64,000 nucleotides of DNA from Phoronis australis (taxonomy: Eukaryota > Animalia > Phoronida): contig NMRA01000559.1 of the NCBI GenBank assembly GCA_002633005.1, forward strand, positions 186,001-250,000, given 5' to 3'. The position numbers and the translations under genes are program-made. Positions within the stretch are counted from its first letter, which is position 1; each line of letters starts with the position of its first letter. The notes under the pieces were generated by a model. It did not search any database, was not told where the DNA came from, and was given only the letters and a program-made list of their open reading frames with translations. This document shows positions 13,203 to 26,102 of this stretch, piece by piece.

Positions 13203-14269
13203 GTTAGTAATCAAACGTTCAGCAATAATTAATTAGTTGTCCAGGTGATAGAACACTAGCTTTCTAATGGTGATGCAACTCAGCTTAGAACGTTGACGTT
13301 GTCAATACAAGCACGATTCACTGCATTTGCAGTGTTGCACTAGTGAAGACAGTAGTAGTGTCACACTCGAGGCTTGGCACAAAACTATAAATATACAGCT
13401 TTGGACCAGTGTGGGTAAAAATGGCCAAATAAAATCCAACATAAAACAAATGTCATTAAAAATTATACTTGTCCGTGAGTAAACTAAATTAGTTTCCTGT
13501 TTTAAAAGATTGCCTGGCGTTCTACCTTTTATTTGGTGAACGTCAAGTAGACGGGCCCCCCTTCAGAATGTGCTCAACTATCCAACATGTGACCTTGAGG
13601 AATCATTAATATTGTTGATAAGAACAATTAATTATAAGTGGTAATTACCAGGTTTGACTACGTCTCAAGACGGTGCTCCGTATAATCGCAAGCATGTATA
13701 AAAAGAAAAGACATGACAATGGTTGCCAGGAACGATATTTAGTGACACTGGTTCCTGGCATCTATTTTGGATAGGAACCCGTCTATTCAACTTCTTTCCT
13801 GTTATTCAATTTTTATATTTATAATATGCATCAGCTTTCTGTGCCATGAAATAAAGCGCCACCTATTGATCAGTTTCTCTTTTTTGCTGATACTTCAATC
13901 AACTGTTCTTCCATGAGGTTGCGTACAGTTCGCAACCATGGTATCTGGGCTCATGAATAGGTGTCGCTGATTGTAGAGCTGGAAGTCAGAAATTATATTG
14001 TAGTGCAGCGAGCGTTAATGTAAGCTTGACGTATTTTCTCACATTAAAGCCGCATATCACAGCAACAAATTACGTGGCTTGGTTTCACGTTTTTAGTATT
14101 TTATTAGGCCAATTAAAAAATAATCGTGTGCTGACTGCTGCTCATCCAGAAACTGGTGCATGGAACAATTTTTTGACGACTTCATAAGTTTTGTCACAGA
14201 CCCTCATGCCAAAGTCTGCCATATGGGCCTACATCCGCTTAAAGATGCATTTGCATGTTCCTAACTGTA

Positions 14270-14630
14270 GCAAGAACTAAATGGCAATGTTATTTTAACA
14301 TAATTTACTCTAAACAAATTGTAATTGGATTTAGCAATAATTTGTAAATGTGAAAACAAAAGATTCTGCAAGTAGTTGACCTTTGCACTAATGACGTACA
14401 TCTGAGGCTCATACAGCCCGCATCATGCAGTGTTATTCCCCACACACCATGTCATGATACTTACTGGATATGGTTTAGTCATTTGCAGCGGATCATTTTT
14501 GCCACAGAACTCTTTCTTAAAAACATTTGGCAGCCTTCAAGCTTCTTCATATTCATATCGTCGCTAGATGTTGTGTTTGTAACTAATTTGGCTAACCAAT
14601 CACAGCGATAAGTAATTAGCCTGCAATTTC
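14270..14630 (+). repeat. Interspersed repeat, copy 1 (copy 2 at about 55390-55710)
   Basis: Shared GACCTTTGC.CTAATGACGTAC...CGCATCATGCAGTGTTATTCCCC...GATACTTACTGGA. Confidence 0.75.
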
Positions 14631-15329
14631 CACTTTAATAGCATTATTTTATGCAAGACAGTTGTTACATCCAAAACATGATTATGTTGCAGTCCTGCTG
14701 ACCCTGCGTCAGTACAAACAGCATGGTCAAGATCTGGTTGCAGACAATGCGACTCGCAGCTCTCATATGTACCTAGACAGCATGCATAATGCATCAGCAC
14801 TATCTGGTGGTAGATGAATTTCTGTGCTCTGTACTAGTAGTTCGGTATTCTAGTAGCAATTTTTACTGACTCTTGCTAATAGAAGTTTTTGAATAAAAAA
14901 CGATAACTCTGCACGTCACATTGTTAGGCATTGGCAGGGATGATAAACATTTTACCTGGCCTTACTAGCTTTGGCGATGTTGTCCTACTGAAAGATATTG
15001 CAAAAAGTTAGCAAGTAACGATATACTTTGCTTTGTTACAAAAGACAGAAAACTAATCAAGGAAAGAACAATCTATTGTTTTTCACTTAAACGGCTCTAA
15101 CAATGTGCACCCCATCCAGTCATAGGTTTCATGACGACTTAACTAACCAGGCAGTGTGAAATATCGAGGTCCACGTGAACTTAACCCACATCAATTTCTA
15201 GCTATATTAGTCTTCATACAGCTAGCTGGCTGGCTAATTCGCACTAGGCAATTTGTCACTGATGGATACTGTTGGAATATGTGTGATGACTTTGTAATGG
15301 AGCTTCTAGCTCAATGGATTTTTAATTGA

Positions 15330-15705
15330 TAAAAGAAAGTATGCACTAAACTGCATTATATATAATTAAGAAGCAGCTACCTGTGAATAATAGTTTGGAT
15401 ATAGATCCAAACTTATCTATAGTGAAACGTTGTTTCAAATTTCAACTAGTAAATTCTGTAATGAAACATCATATATTTAGAGGTAGGGCCTAATGGTTGT
15501 TCTTGACGAATTTCTTGATTTCAATGAAAACGTAACAACATTGGCTGAGGCTTCGTGGCATGTTAGAGAAGATAAGTTCTAGTTTTCACAACAATAATAT
15601 CTTAGGTGTTCTAATTTTAAAATTTTATTTGATTCTTGTGGTAGTGTCGCACCAATTTTGAATGATGCTTCTGCGGTATTGGATTGTGAAGATTCAAGAA
15701 AACAA
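15330..15705 (+). pseudogene. Degenerate non-LTR retrotransposon (LINE) RT C-terminal remnant, interrupted by the Penelope insertion
   Basis: Fragmentary translations VLDEFLDFNENVTTLAEAS and FKILFDSC..VAPILNDASAV resemble CR1/L2-group ORF2. Confidence 0.55.
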
Positions 15706-16140
15706 CAACGGTTTTAAAACTTGACGTGTTTCGGTGTCATTTATTAAACACCATCCTCAGAAGTGATAATACAGTGGCCACCTAGCTAGGCCCAGCAACA
15801 AGTAATGAAGCACAGATACAGTCAGTTACAGGGAGTGAACTAGACCAACAATGACAACCTGTGGTGTGTCAGTTCAATGACTTTGCCATAGACCAGGCAG
15901 TAACAACAAAGGAGCTTAAAATTCGTGAGGCTTTACATATCAGTTGGTGCAAGCCCAATCTCAATAGGCAACTGACACACCACAGGTTGTCATTGTTGGT
16001 CTAGTTCACTCCCTGTAACTGACTGTATCTGTGCTTCATTACTTGTTGCTGGGCCTAGCTAGGTGGCCACTGTATTATCACTTCTGAGGATGGTGTTTAA
16101 TAAATGACACCGAAACACGTCAAGTTTTAAAACCGTTGTT
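15705..16140 (+). mobile_element. 5'-truncated Penelope-like retroelement: inverted pseudo-LTR, GIY-YIG endonuclease C-terminus, pseudo-LTR
   Basis: 15873-16004 reads FNDFAIDQAVTTKELKIREALHISWCKPNLNRQ..., the 'L.I.EALHI....P.LN' end of PLE GIY-YIG domains. A hammerhead motif follows. Boundaries are approximate. Confidence 0.8.
16080..16125 (+). ncRNA. Minimal type I hammerhead ribozyme motif (mirror copy on the minus strand at 15719-15764)
   Basis: ACTT-CTGAGGA-T-GGTGT-loop-ACACC-GAAAC-AC-GTC-AAGT: stem I ACTT/AAGT, catalytic core, stem II GGTGT/ACACC, GUC cleavage triplet. Confidence 0.75.
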
Positions 16141-16939
16141 GTTTTCTTGAATCTTCACAATCCAATACCGCAGAAGCATCATTCAAAATTGGTGCGACAC
16201 TACCACAAGAATCAAATAAAATTTTAAAATTAGAACACCTAAGATATTATTGTTGTGAAAACTAGAACTTATCTTCTCTAACATGCCACGAAGCCTCAGC
16301 CAATGTTGTTACGTTTTCATTGAAATCAAGAAATTCGTCAAGAACAACCATTAGGCCCTACCTCTAAATATATGATGTTTCATTACAGAATTTACTAGTT
16401 GAAATTTGAAACAACGTTTCACTATAGATAAGTTTGGATCTATATCCAAACTATTATTCACAGGTAGCTGCTTCTTAATTATATATAATGCAGTTTAGTG
16501 CATACTTTCTTTTATCAATTAAAAATCCATTGAGCTAGAAGCTCCATTACAAAGNAAAACCCATGTTCTATTTCTGCCATGGGTGGGACATTTTAATGTA
16601 CCGATGTTAAGTTTCTTCAATTGTGCCATGTCACAATACGAATGGCACATAGCATAATTCAGTATATTTGTGACATGGGAAACCTAGCCATTCATTACAT
16701 TCGGCAATGTGTGTCATTGTTATGCTCAGAGTGATGCAGCATGAAATGACCAGCCACCCACCTTCAGCTTTTCAAAAATTATTTTTTAAATGTCCATGCT
16801 TGGCAATTCTGTGGTGCTTCAAGTCAAAGCAAAAATTCAACAAATTACCACGCGTACTGCTTTCAAGTTGACAATATTTTGGAAGATACAAGTTAATGTC
16901 ATTTATACAGGGTTCTATTTCATCAAATTGGCTTAAGAC

Positions 16940-17838
16940 TTAAGACAGAAATTTGGTCTTACGTTCCTATTTCGCTATTATCAAATAGAGATATAGCCAA
17001 GTTATTATTTACCCATCATAGTCTAGAAAGAATAACTATCTCATTTGTGTTCTAGCAGTTTATATAATTCTCAGAGACTTTTGCACTTTTGCCCAAGGGG
17101 GTCTAATTTTTTTCAGAAATAGTTGTGTGTTTTAATTACGTCAAGTCGAAAATCAACATCTTTGAAAATTGAATACTTGTAAATCAAATTAACAGCAGAG
17201 AATTTTCCAGTGGAAACAGCCAATCAGCTACACACGGTCCATGCTTTTCCAAATGTAGAGAAAAAAATTTCACTAATTTAGGACATAATATAGTCGACAA
17301 ATGAAATTTATTATTTATTTTGTCCACATTGAAGTGCTTGAGACCACCATGTACCTTGTTTTGACAAGTGACTACCTTGTTAGCATCATTAAACCTTCCT
17401 TTATAGCAATGCGTATCACAATAATATTGTAAATTCAATATTCCAAGAACGAGAAAAGGTGACTTTGATTGACAGTTGCTTAGCTCCATTGACGTGAGTG
17501 TGACGTATGAACATACCCAGCGCCTGTGTGTCATGTCCATCAACACGCAAGTTTCTTGTACAAGCATGCGCCATATCCGCAGTTCTCCGATGTCTTGCGG
17601 GAAAGTGAAAAGAGCCACAGCGTGGTCAAATATTAAGTTGTCAAACGCAACGCCTCGCCATGCGTTATTATACCATAAACCACGGGAAAATGAGCAGCTG
17701 TATCTGACGACTTTTCACACTAAACGCAATGGAAGATGACTAGTATTGTGTTTAATTGTCCCAATTTTAGGTAGTATGTTTCATAGGAATGTTAGAAGCC
17801 ATTGAAAAATGAAACGAAGACCAATTTTTGGCGCTTAA
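16940..17838. mobile_element. TTAA-flanked non-autonomous DNA element (Kolobok-like)
   Basis: TTAAGACAGAAATTTGGTCTTACGTT...AAACGAAGACCAATTTTTGGCGCTTAA. The same termini recur at 49284-50209. Confidence 0.55.
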
Positions 17839-20260
17839 TTTTGTCCAAAATTGGCGAGATTATATCGGAAGTAGGAATACCATATTGCTTTGTGTAAAAA
17901 CACCTCAAAACCATGGATTTCAAAGGTGGCGCTGCTTTCTGGGTTAATTTTGCTCATACATCAGTAAAATAAGGTCTCTACGTAAATGTTTATAATAATT
18001 AGTTGGCCCTCTACTACATGCTGTATACGTTGGGTGTATTTTCTGTGGGTTGCACTCATGCATGGCGTTGCCGTATGATATTTAAGACCCGTACCAGTAT
18101 TCAGTGAGTACTAGGCTTAGTTTGAGTAGTGTTCTGCTTTATACCTCTAGTTATAGGGGTTGGCGTTGGAATAACTGATCCTCAAAACTGTGACAGAGAA
18201 TGTCATGATGCCGGTTTATCCATTGAGAATTTTTAAGCAAGTTGATGTATGGTGTCATGATAATTGAGTTTGTTGCGTCACATTTAAATCTCACATGTTG
18301 TGTTACTGTAATTAAACCAGGCACAGAACCAGGGGTTCAGGGCGTCTTGACACCCCATTCAAATGCTTTTGCATCATCGTAAAGGGGGAATTCATACAAG
18401 TACCCATGATGTTTTTTCCATTTTTGACCCCTGCTGGACCAAATCCTGTATCCGCTACTATGAATGTGCCAATACTAAGGTTATATATGAGTGTGCCTTA
18501 AGCCAAATATTTATAAACTTCAGAATTTAACTCAGAAAGTAGAATTTCTTTTGAGACACTTCACTTTTGGTTGAGTCACGCAACCAAACATTTTTGGGGG
18601 GTAAAGTTCATGATTGCAAGACAACAGTATCAGAAACATGACTGAATTTGTTTTCACATAAATTCTGTAGTTATTAACCTTTAGGGCATGTGATGCTGAG
18701 GACAGCTGAAAACCAACCTTTAACCACAAAAGACCACTTATTGATAAGAAATTGGTCTCGCATTGGAGGGGATTTTAAGGCTGCAAAGGGACTGACAATG
18801 TGTTATTGGTTGATACCAGGCTCTTTAAGTCAGCTTGTCACTGTGTGTTACTGGTGTTACTGTGTGGGCCTAGTGTGGTATCGAGGAATAGTGTTCAGCC
18901 AGTTCTTTGCAAACCCAGAATTAACTTCCTCTCTGAGTTATGAACCAGTTGAAACCAATTTTAAAGTCTTGCCTCAATTTTAGGGTTGAATATCGGAGCC
19001 CCATTCCTCTGTAAAAAGTATTTAAAACTCGTGTGAGTTTCCCTTTATCAGGTCAAGGTTAGCGTCACTTATGCAAAACATTAGTGTTTGGCTACTTGAA
19101 GATTTGTCGATGAGAGATGGCGACCGGTTATGGAATTGGTAATGTCCGGGGGGGGGGGGGGGGGGNNNNNNNNNNNNNNNNNNNNNNNNNNNNNNNNNNN
19201 NNNNNNNNNNNNNNNNNNNNNNNNNNNNNNNNNNNNNNNNNNNNNNNNNNNNNNNNNNNNNNNNNNNNNNNNCAAAAAGTTCTATCAGAAGAAGGCACTG
19301 ATACCTTTCCCCATAGGTGAGCAAGGGCCCTATAAGTGGTCGGAGTTCAAAGTTCCCTTCTCAGGTTTATAGCCAGTTAAAAGTTATGCGATACCCTAGA
19401 AAAATGTCGAAACATCATGTTTCATAGAAGACTCTTTGGATTCAAATGAGACGTTCAGATACTGTGCTTTATACATTATTCCCCCAAAATGTTGTTCGGT
19501 GTTCCACTTTGACATGAGGGGCTATAAAAAATTGGGACTTTCGGCATTTTAATGAAAAAAGTCAAGCGTGGCTATTTGACAAAAGAGTGACAGCGTTTTT
19601 TGGACTCCATCATGGACATTAACATCAAACAAAATTTGGATGTTATGTTAACATATTGAAATACTTCTATTTTGCTTAAGACTGTACCATTTTTTTGGTA
19701 AAATTTAATAAAAGAACATGGTCATGCGATACAATTTATGGCAGATAGGTATAAAGTCAAAAATACAATTCTATAGACTTTCTACTTTTAGTAAATACTA
19801 GTGTATATGCTTTTGCATTATAAATAACTTCTGTAGGTTTGTAGGCGTATGACTTAAAAGGATACCAAACCTAGTCTTGGCAAATTAACAGATACTAAAA
19901 TCGACTTTCCCATCCAGTTCTCTGAAATGAAATAATGCTCTGTAACCCTCGACAACCCTCAAAAGTTTGGAGGAAAATTTGAAAACTCCTTTCCAAGTCT
20001 GCTAAATGAGCAAACGTGACCTACGCTTTTAGCGAATTACGCGCGTGGCAACTGTGGGGACCACCTACCAAGGTCCATAATGTCCAATTTGTGAAATTGG
20101 GGGGTATGAATTTTTACTTGATTCCTGCTTTTGTCTTTCAAGATTGGTGCCAATGATGAATTAGTAGGTGACAAAACGAGGATTGGTGGAAATTATCCAA
20201 ACAGACTTATTGATAATGTTCCACATAACCATATGCAGATAATCTATTTCTCTGTTCCAG

Positions 20261-20369
20261 ATTCCTCTTGCCAACTTTTCTGTCTCATGCTCTCTCAATG
20301 CATTGTTCTGTCGATCACCAGAAGAGGCGCTGCAAGGCATTCCAGATGGCAGCACTCTACTTGTTGGAG
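20261..20369 (+). CDS. OXCT1: OXCT1 exon 2
   Basis: IPLANFSVSCSLNALFCRSPEEALQGIPDGSTLLVG(G), matching SCOT 'IPDGATVLVGG'. TTCCAG acceptor, GTAATA donor. Confidence 0.9.
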
Positions 20370-21209
20370 GTAATAAAAGACAGTGGTAACATGCAGCAGC
20401 TGTCACTGCTGGGATAAAATTTGAAGCAAGCTTTGTATTTTCTTTTTCTAAGTTCTTTCAGCTGTTTGGCAGATGGAATGTTGTAAAGAATCGTTCAAAT
20501 CAGAATGTTGGATTGTATAATATGCCTAGACGTGTTGTATGTAGATGTATTAACTTTTGAATTCAAGTAATTTTAAACATGCCAGGTTTTGTTAATAAAT
20601 ATTTACTAGTTTAGTTCATCCTTTAATTATATGAATATGTTACAACCAATTTTACAACAGTTAGCCACTAATCTGGACTGTTACCTGTTGTTCCTATTGT
20701 AGTCACTGAACTGGACTGTTGCCTGTTGTTCCTGCTGTAGTCATATAACATTTCACAAAACAATGAGCCTTACAGAGCGTGAAATGCGCTGTCAAACCAA
20801 GTGTGTTCTGGTCCTGACTCATTTTGTGACTTACACTCATTGACTGAAAAAAAACTCCTGCCGGCATCAATTTCAGCCGTTCTTGTGTGTTTTTGAAAAG
20901 CTGCACAAAGGCATGTAAGTAAGGGTATGCAAAGTTTGAAATGCCAGTTGTGATGTTCAAGTAAGTGTCTCTCTCGCTCTCGTATACAGAATTTCTTGGA
21001 GCTGGAAAAACTTTTCTTGACTAGCGTTTTCTTGAAACTAATCTGCTCAGTTCTAAATCATGGATTGGTTTTCTAATTTAGCATTGTCTGCAAGAATCAT
21101 TGCTCTTTTAAAATAATTTCAACGAGTCTTCTATCTTTTGAGAGGTTTTGTAACTGCAGAAATGTTTCAGATTTGTTTTTGAATACATTTTCTTTTCATT
21201 TTTCCCCAG

Positions 21210-21343
21210 GATTTGGATTATGTGGCATACCTGAAAATTTAATCGCTGGCTTATTGAAGACAGGTCCCAAAGACTTAACAGTTGTTAGTAACAATGCTGG
21301 AGTCGACGATTTTGGGCTGGGTCTACTGTTGCGCTCTAAGCAG
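21210..21343 (+). CDS. OXCT1: OXCT1 exon 3
   Basis: [45 protein letters not shown], the CoA-transferase signature. Canonical splice sites. Confidence 0.96.
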
Positions 21344-22627
21344 GTGAGAAAGACGTTTCATAAACTGCATTTACATGTCGGTGGCACTTTGACTCGGGGG
21401 CCGCTGACACGACTGAGGCGGAGTAAATTAACACCATGGCGGTCATTTTTGTCACCGGTTTGAGAAGTAGAGCAAGTTGCACTGTATGAGATGCTCCGGT
21501 GTCAGTTATACGTCTAAACACAAACTGGGGCAAGAAAGAAGGGAATATCTTTCATTGCATATGAGCAGTAGTGTACATATTATTTTGTTTTGGACCTTTG
21601 TCATGGTTAATCTGAATACGCGCAGAAGTACTGTCTTCGGATAATTTACTTCCATGCTGATCCAGTCTGTGATTATGTAAATGAAGAAGTTCACAACCAA
21701 GTTGCGTTATGGATTGTAAGATAGAGTACAGTGCTCGCGTTCCATACAAATTATGGTTGTTTTAAATATTTCTGTTGAAGCCTCATGCAGCGCCGTCTTT
21801 GGTTTATGGTTTGGGGTGCAACTCTTTTACTTGGAGAAATCAAGTGTCTTACTAGTCCACGATGTTTGTTTACTTGTTCGCACAAGGTTGCATATTTCAT
21901 CCTATTGACATGATACTTTTCTTAAACACATGCCTTGTTAACATCTCAAGGCCTATTGCATTTAGTTAAAATCGGCCAAAGATAGGATTGCGTTTGCCAT
22001 TTTTCGTTTTTAGCTTTGAGGAGGCCTATCTCCAACATCCCTTGAAGAATATTTTTAATCGTATTTAGATAGATAGGTTTCACCAAGTGCGATCATCATT
22101 GTGGCATCCATTTTGCGTTAAAACTTGCCGTTTCGATTTATTCAAGATCTGATGATTCGTCTCTGATTAATGAGTTTTTGTTCTGTATTTCTGCCATCTC
22201 TTGTCTTGTTTTCTTTAATGCTATGAGTTAGCATTCCCAATTTTACATGATAAAACAACGTGTCAGGTGGGTTTAATTAGTTGCTTCATTGGAGAAGTAC
22301 TGCACTGCTAACTCGATCCATTCAAATTCAAAGTTTGAAATTACGACTCGGCATTTACACTGGACTTGAAGTGAGATTTCTCAAAACAAGTTACCATTTT
22401 CTGGAGAAACACTCATTGCATGGCATGACTGCAAACTTTGCTTTGAGACCTGACATTCTCCAAGAGAAGTATTCATAAGGATGCTGTCGCTTTAAAGCCA
22501 CACTGTAGTTGGGTTTTAAAGTGAAAGTCTGAATGCGGGGAAAAGGTGGATGTCTACCTGAATTCAGAAATAAACTGGACAAATGATGTTCTGGAAAGTA
22601 TTCACAATGTCCACGATTTTGTTGTAG

Positions 22628-22735
<108 letters not shown>

Positions 22736-23167
22736 TGAGAACCAGACGTGTGATTGGTTGACTACGCTAACTGACAGCATGTCATAGTACTAGTAGTTAC
22801 CCCACACTTAGATGGTGCTGTGGTTCTCGCAAAGTTTTGCGAATATTGATTGACATCAGAGTTGAATCGGAGCAAATCACAAACTTTTGTTTCGCAAAAA
22901 GGATAAATGTACAAAAGATAATACCATGGTTCCATTTAATGTAGTGCCAGCAATTACATTTTCGTCCGTATTGGAAGGAGTGAAGAAATCTTCAACTTTT
23001 AACATGGAATGCTTCACATGACACGGCTTTCAAATTTGACTGAAGCATACTGAATTGTATTTTTTTTGTTGGTGTACGACTCCTCAGCCTTCCACAAAAA
23101 TCCATGTGAAAACTGCCATTTTAAACCCTTGGGTTTTTTGTCTGATATGGAATGCGTTTTTCTGTAG

Positions 23168-23317
23168 GGCACTCTGGCGGAGCGTGTCCGAGCGGGCGGG
23201 GCAGGTATCCCAGCATTCTTCACTCCAACAGCCTATGGAACACTGATACACGAAGGTGGTGCCCCTATAAAATACAGCAAGGATGGGTCGATAGAGATTG
23301 CCAGTGAACCAAGAGAG
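23168..23317 (+). CDS. OXCT1: OXCT1 exon 5
   Basis: [53 protein letters not shown] acceptor, GTAAGT donor. Confidence 0.96.
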
Positions 23318-25958
23318 GTAAGTCTGGGAAACTTGATATTTGTCTCCGCTGTTTTTCTTATCAAGTGATTTGATTGTAGTTTCAGAATCAAAATTATACT
23401 CATGGCATCCATTCTTTCTTGCTTTGGCACAAGGTCTAGAGATACCTTTTGCATCAAGTAAAGGTTACCTGTTGTTGATTTAGGTGGACATTGTTTCATT
23501 CTTATCGTGTGAATGTGTTTCACCTGCGGCGGCGCCATCTGTGGTTGAATTTAAAACTAGATCCCCATATACATGGAGTAAGTTTTTGTCCAGTGTAGTC
23601 TTTTGGTTTCGGTATTTGAGTCTGGGTAACAGGTGGTGTTCAGTGTCACTTAAATGCTCACATGTTAAAGGAATTGTTGCATCTGTAAGTCCCCACATTT
23701 AGTTGAACTGGAAGTACATGAAGCGCCATCTGGTAAGCTTTATGCTCAATTAAAGTTAGTAAACTTCGTAAGGTGTAGTTATGTTGCGAAAGTTGTTTCA
23801 AGGTAATTGTCAACCTTCGTATATTTTTTTGATTTAAAAAGTTAGTGTAATATTCACACATTGTATTTAACAGTCATTTTCTTCAATTAAGCCAAAAGCA
23901 GCCATTTTCCATCAAAGTAACCTCTGTTGGTGACAATTGGAAACAATCATGTGCTGTTTACAACGGTATTTATTCTGTAACGGTCATCTGGTCAATTGTA
24001 GTGACATACTTTTGAAGTGCTTCACTTGGAATGTGTTGATGAACTGACAGTAATTCCTACATGAATGTTGATTTACAATATGCTTGGCATGTGAAATTTT
24101 GTCAAACTCAGTCATCGGAGGTAAATGTGGGATGTATCCCACATCAGATGTGGGTAATATCTTTCCCAGCAGAGCAAATTGAGCATGCGCAGAAACAGTG
24201 CTTCAGTTGTTAGTTTTTCATACGCTTATTTGAGAGATCCATCCTGGGTTCAAATCCTGGCGTTACTGGCAAACACCACCTAAGCATGGCATGTTACTCC
24301 TCTGAGCTCGACATTATTTTTTGACAGAGTGAATGTCAACTTGTTTATGTTGTGAAAGCGATTTCCGGGGAGAGGCTAATAGTTTAAAAGAGCTTAGGCG
24401 AGCTTCTATTGGGCCCCATAGAATGCCCCTGCTAATATTTGACGGAGAAGTACCCATTTTTCCTTGTTGCTAATGTCCACATTTTTTCAAGATGTTGTTT
24501 GACGTTAGCTGTGTTACAGTGCTTGAACACGTAAAAGCGCAAGTTTGATGCTGTATGCCTTACGGAGGAAGCGAAAAAAATTCATTTTCTGCCATATTGT
24601 GTCCTAAATTAGGAAGGGATTTCATCATAATGGACCAGGAAGACTCCCACATCCTTTGAAGATAATGCTACTATATTCCGGACAATTAGTGTAGAAAAAA
24701 GACCAACCAAACAACTGTAATTGGCTTCTGGTGATGTACTCATCTCAGCATTCCAATTCATTTGAGTTGAAAATACGTCATGGTTATGGCTGCCTTGAAA
24801 TGATGTTATTTTTCTGTGCTTAACCCTTACACATTCGTCAGTAAAATGTTTTGAGCCTCCCACACCTTTTGCTGTTTGTGGGGGTGAGTAGAAGCAACTT
24901 AGTCTTAATTTACATCCAATAATGACCTGTCAACTGAAGCTTATTGCTTTCTGAAACACTGCACAAGCACACGCTTTAAAGACATGCCTGATCTTGTGAA
25001 GCCTCGCCAGCTGTGGTAGTGCCCATCATTCCAGCAGGTTGCCTGTAACCATCTACCTTTTACTTGATATGCTAGTCGAAAAATGACACATCACTTGGCA
25101 TGTTTCAAGTAAACTGCCACATTGCTTTATGCGATTAGTCAAGTTTCTAGTGAGTCTCGAGTAATGTTTGCTGGTCTCAGACTCGCAACACAAACCCTAA
25201 CTTTGGTAACAAAAGACTCCGGCAATAATGTTATGTAGTTGTCACCTCATATATTGGAAATCGAATCTGGTAGGTGGTCCCAAACACCGAGTTTCAAGCA
25301 TCTCTGTGCTTGTGGTGCACTTCAAATTGAGCACCATGTACTTATTGAATAACCTCTTATTCATAGTATTAGATCTTATTTTTTTGTTGTCAGTTACAGT
25401 CACAAATCCACGGCAGCCAATTATGTGCTTGCTGTTGTGTTAGACTTTTCATCACTTTAATTTTGTATTCTGTAATTAAAGTCATTGTCTGTGTCGTTCT
25501 GCTTGCCACGTGTTATGTTATTTTTTGTCACTACTTTATTTGTTTTTCAATCCTCATTCTGTTGTCTTTTGACTCAACCCGTGTACTTATGTCTTTGTTG
25601 ACCCATGGTCAGTAAATCGTGTTTATTTGTTAAACTGACCAGTACATTGCTGACATTAACAACCCTGCTTCCTTCCAAGTCGACCATTTACCGATATAAA
25701 ATTGGTCTCAGCTTGTCGTTTGCGCCGGTGAAAACTGATTTCTGAGAACCGACACTTTTGTTCTTCGTGGAGAGCGTATGCATACAATGGCACCCCTCCA
25801 CGAGCTGTCTCGTTGAGCGGGATCTCGAGCAGTAACAAACTCAATTCTTTGGAGTCCTGAAATTGTGACAAAAGAACAATTTCAGAACAATTTCAAAACC
25901 AGTAAGTGGTCTAAATCAAAATTGTTTCTGTGATAAGAGACAAGTTTGTAGACTCTTC

Positions 25959-26102
25959 AATACCAACAACATGCAAATTGTAAATACCAACAACATCCAA
26001 ATTGTAAATACCAACAACATGCAAATTGTAAATACCAACAACATGCGAATTGCAAATACCAACAAAATGCAAATAGCAAATACCAACAACATGCAAATTG
26101 TA
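25959..26102. repeat. 24-bp minisatellite, about 6 copies (AATACCAACAACATGCAAATTGTA)
   Basis: Directly visible. Explains the repetitive ORFs in three frames. Confidence 0.9.

Larger units (their letters stand above)
15290..16554. repeat. Long inverted repeat: 585-bp arms (15290-15874 and 15970-16554) with a 95-bp spacer
   Basis: The arms are reverse complements with no mismatch noticed by eye. The right arm ends exactly at a single N. Confidence 0.95.

Noticed and set aside
17860-17990. CGGAAGT (ETS-like) motif plus ATG ORF MDFKGGAAFWVNFAHTS as an alternative OXCT1 first exon
   Set aside because: No strong donor in phase and no transit-peptide character. 13107-13202 fits much better.
24240-24265. 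GGTTCAAATCC B-box, possible tRNA
   Set aside because: No cloverleaf or A-box. At most a SINE fragment.
24608-24720. AG followed by GRDFIIMD, loosely like exon 6 GRDYIME (possible duplicated exon)
   Set aside because: The similarity is only a few residues, stops follow quickly, and there is no polypyrimidine tract or donor.
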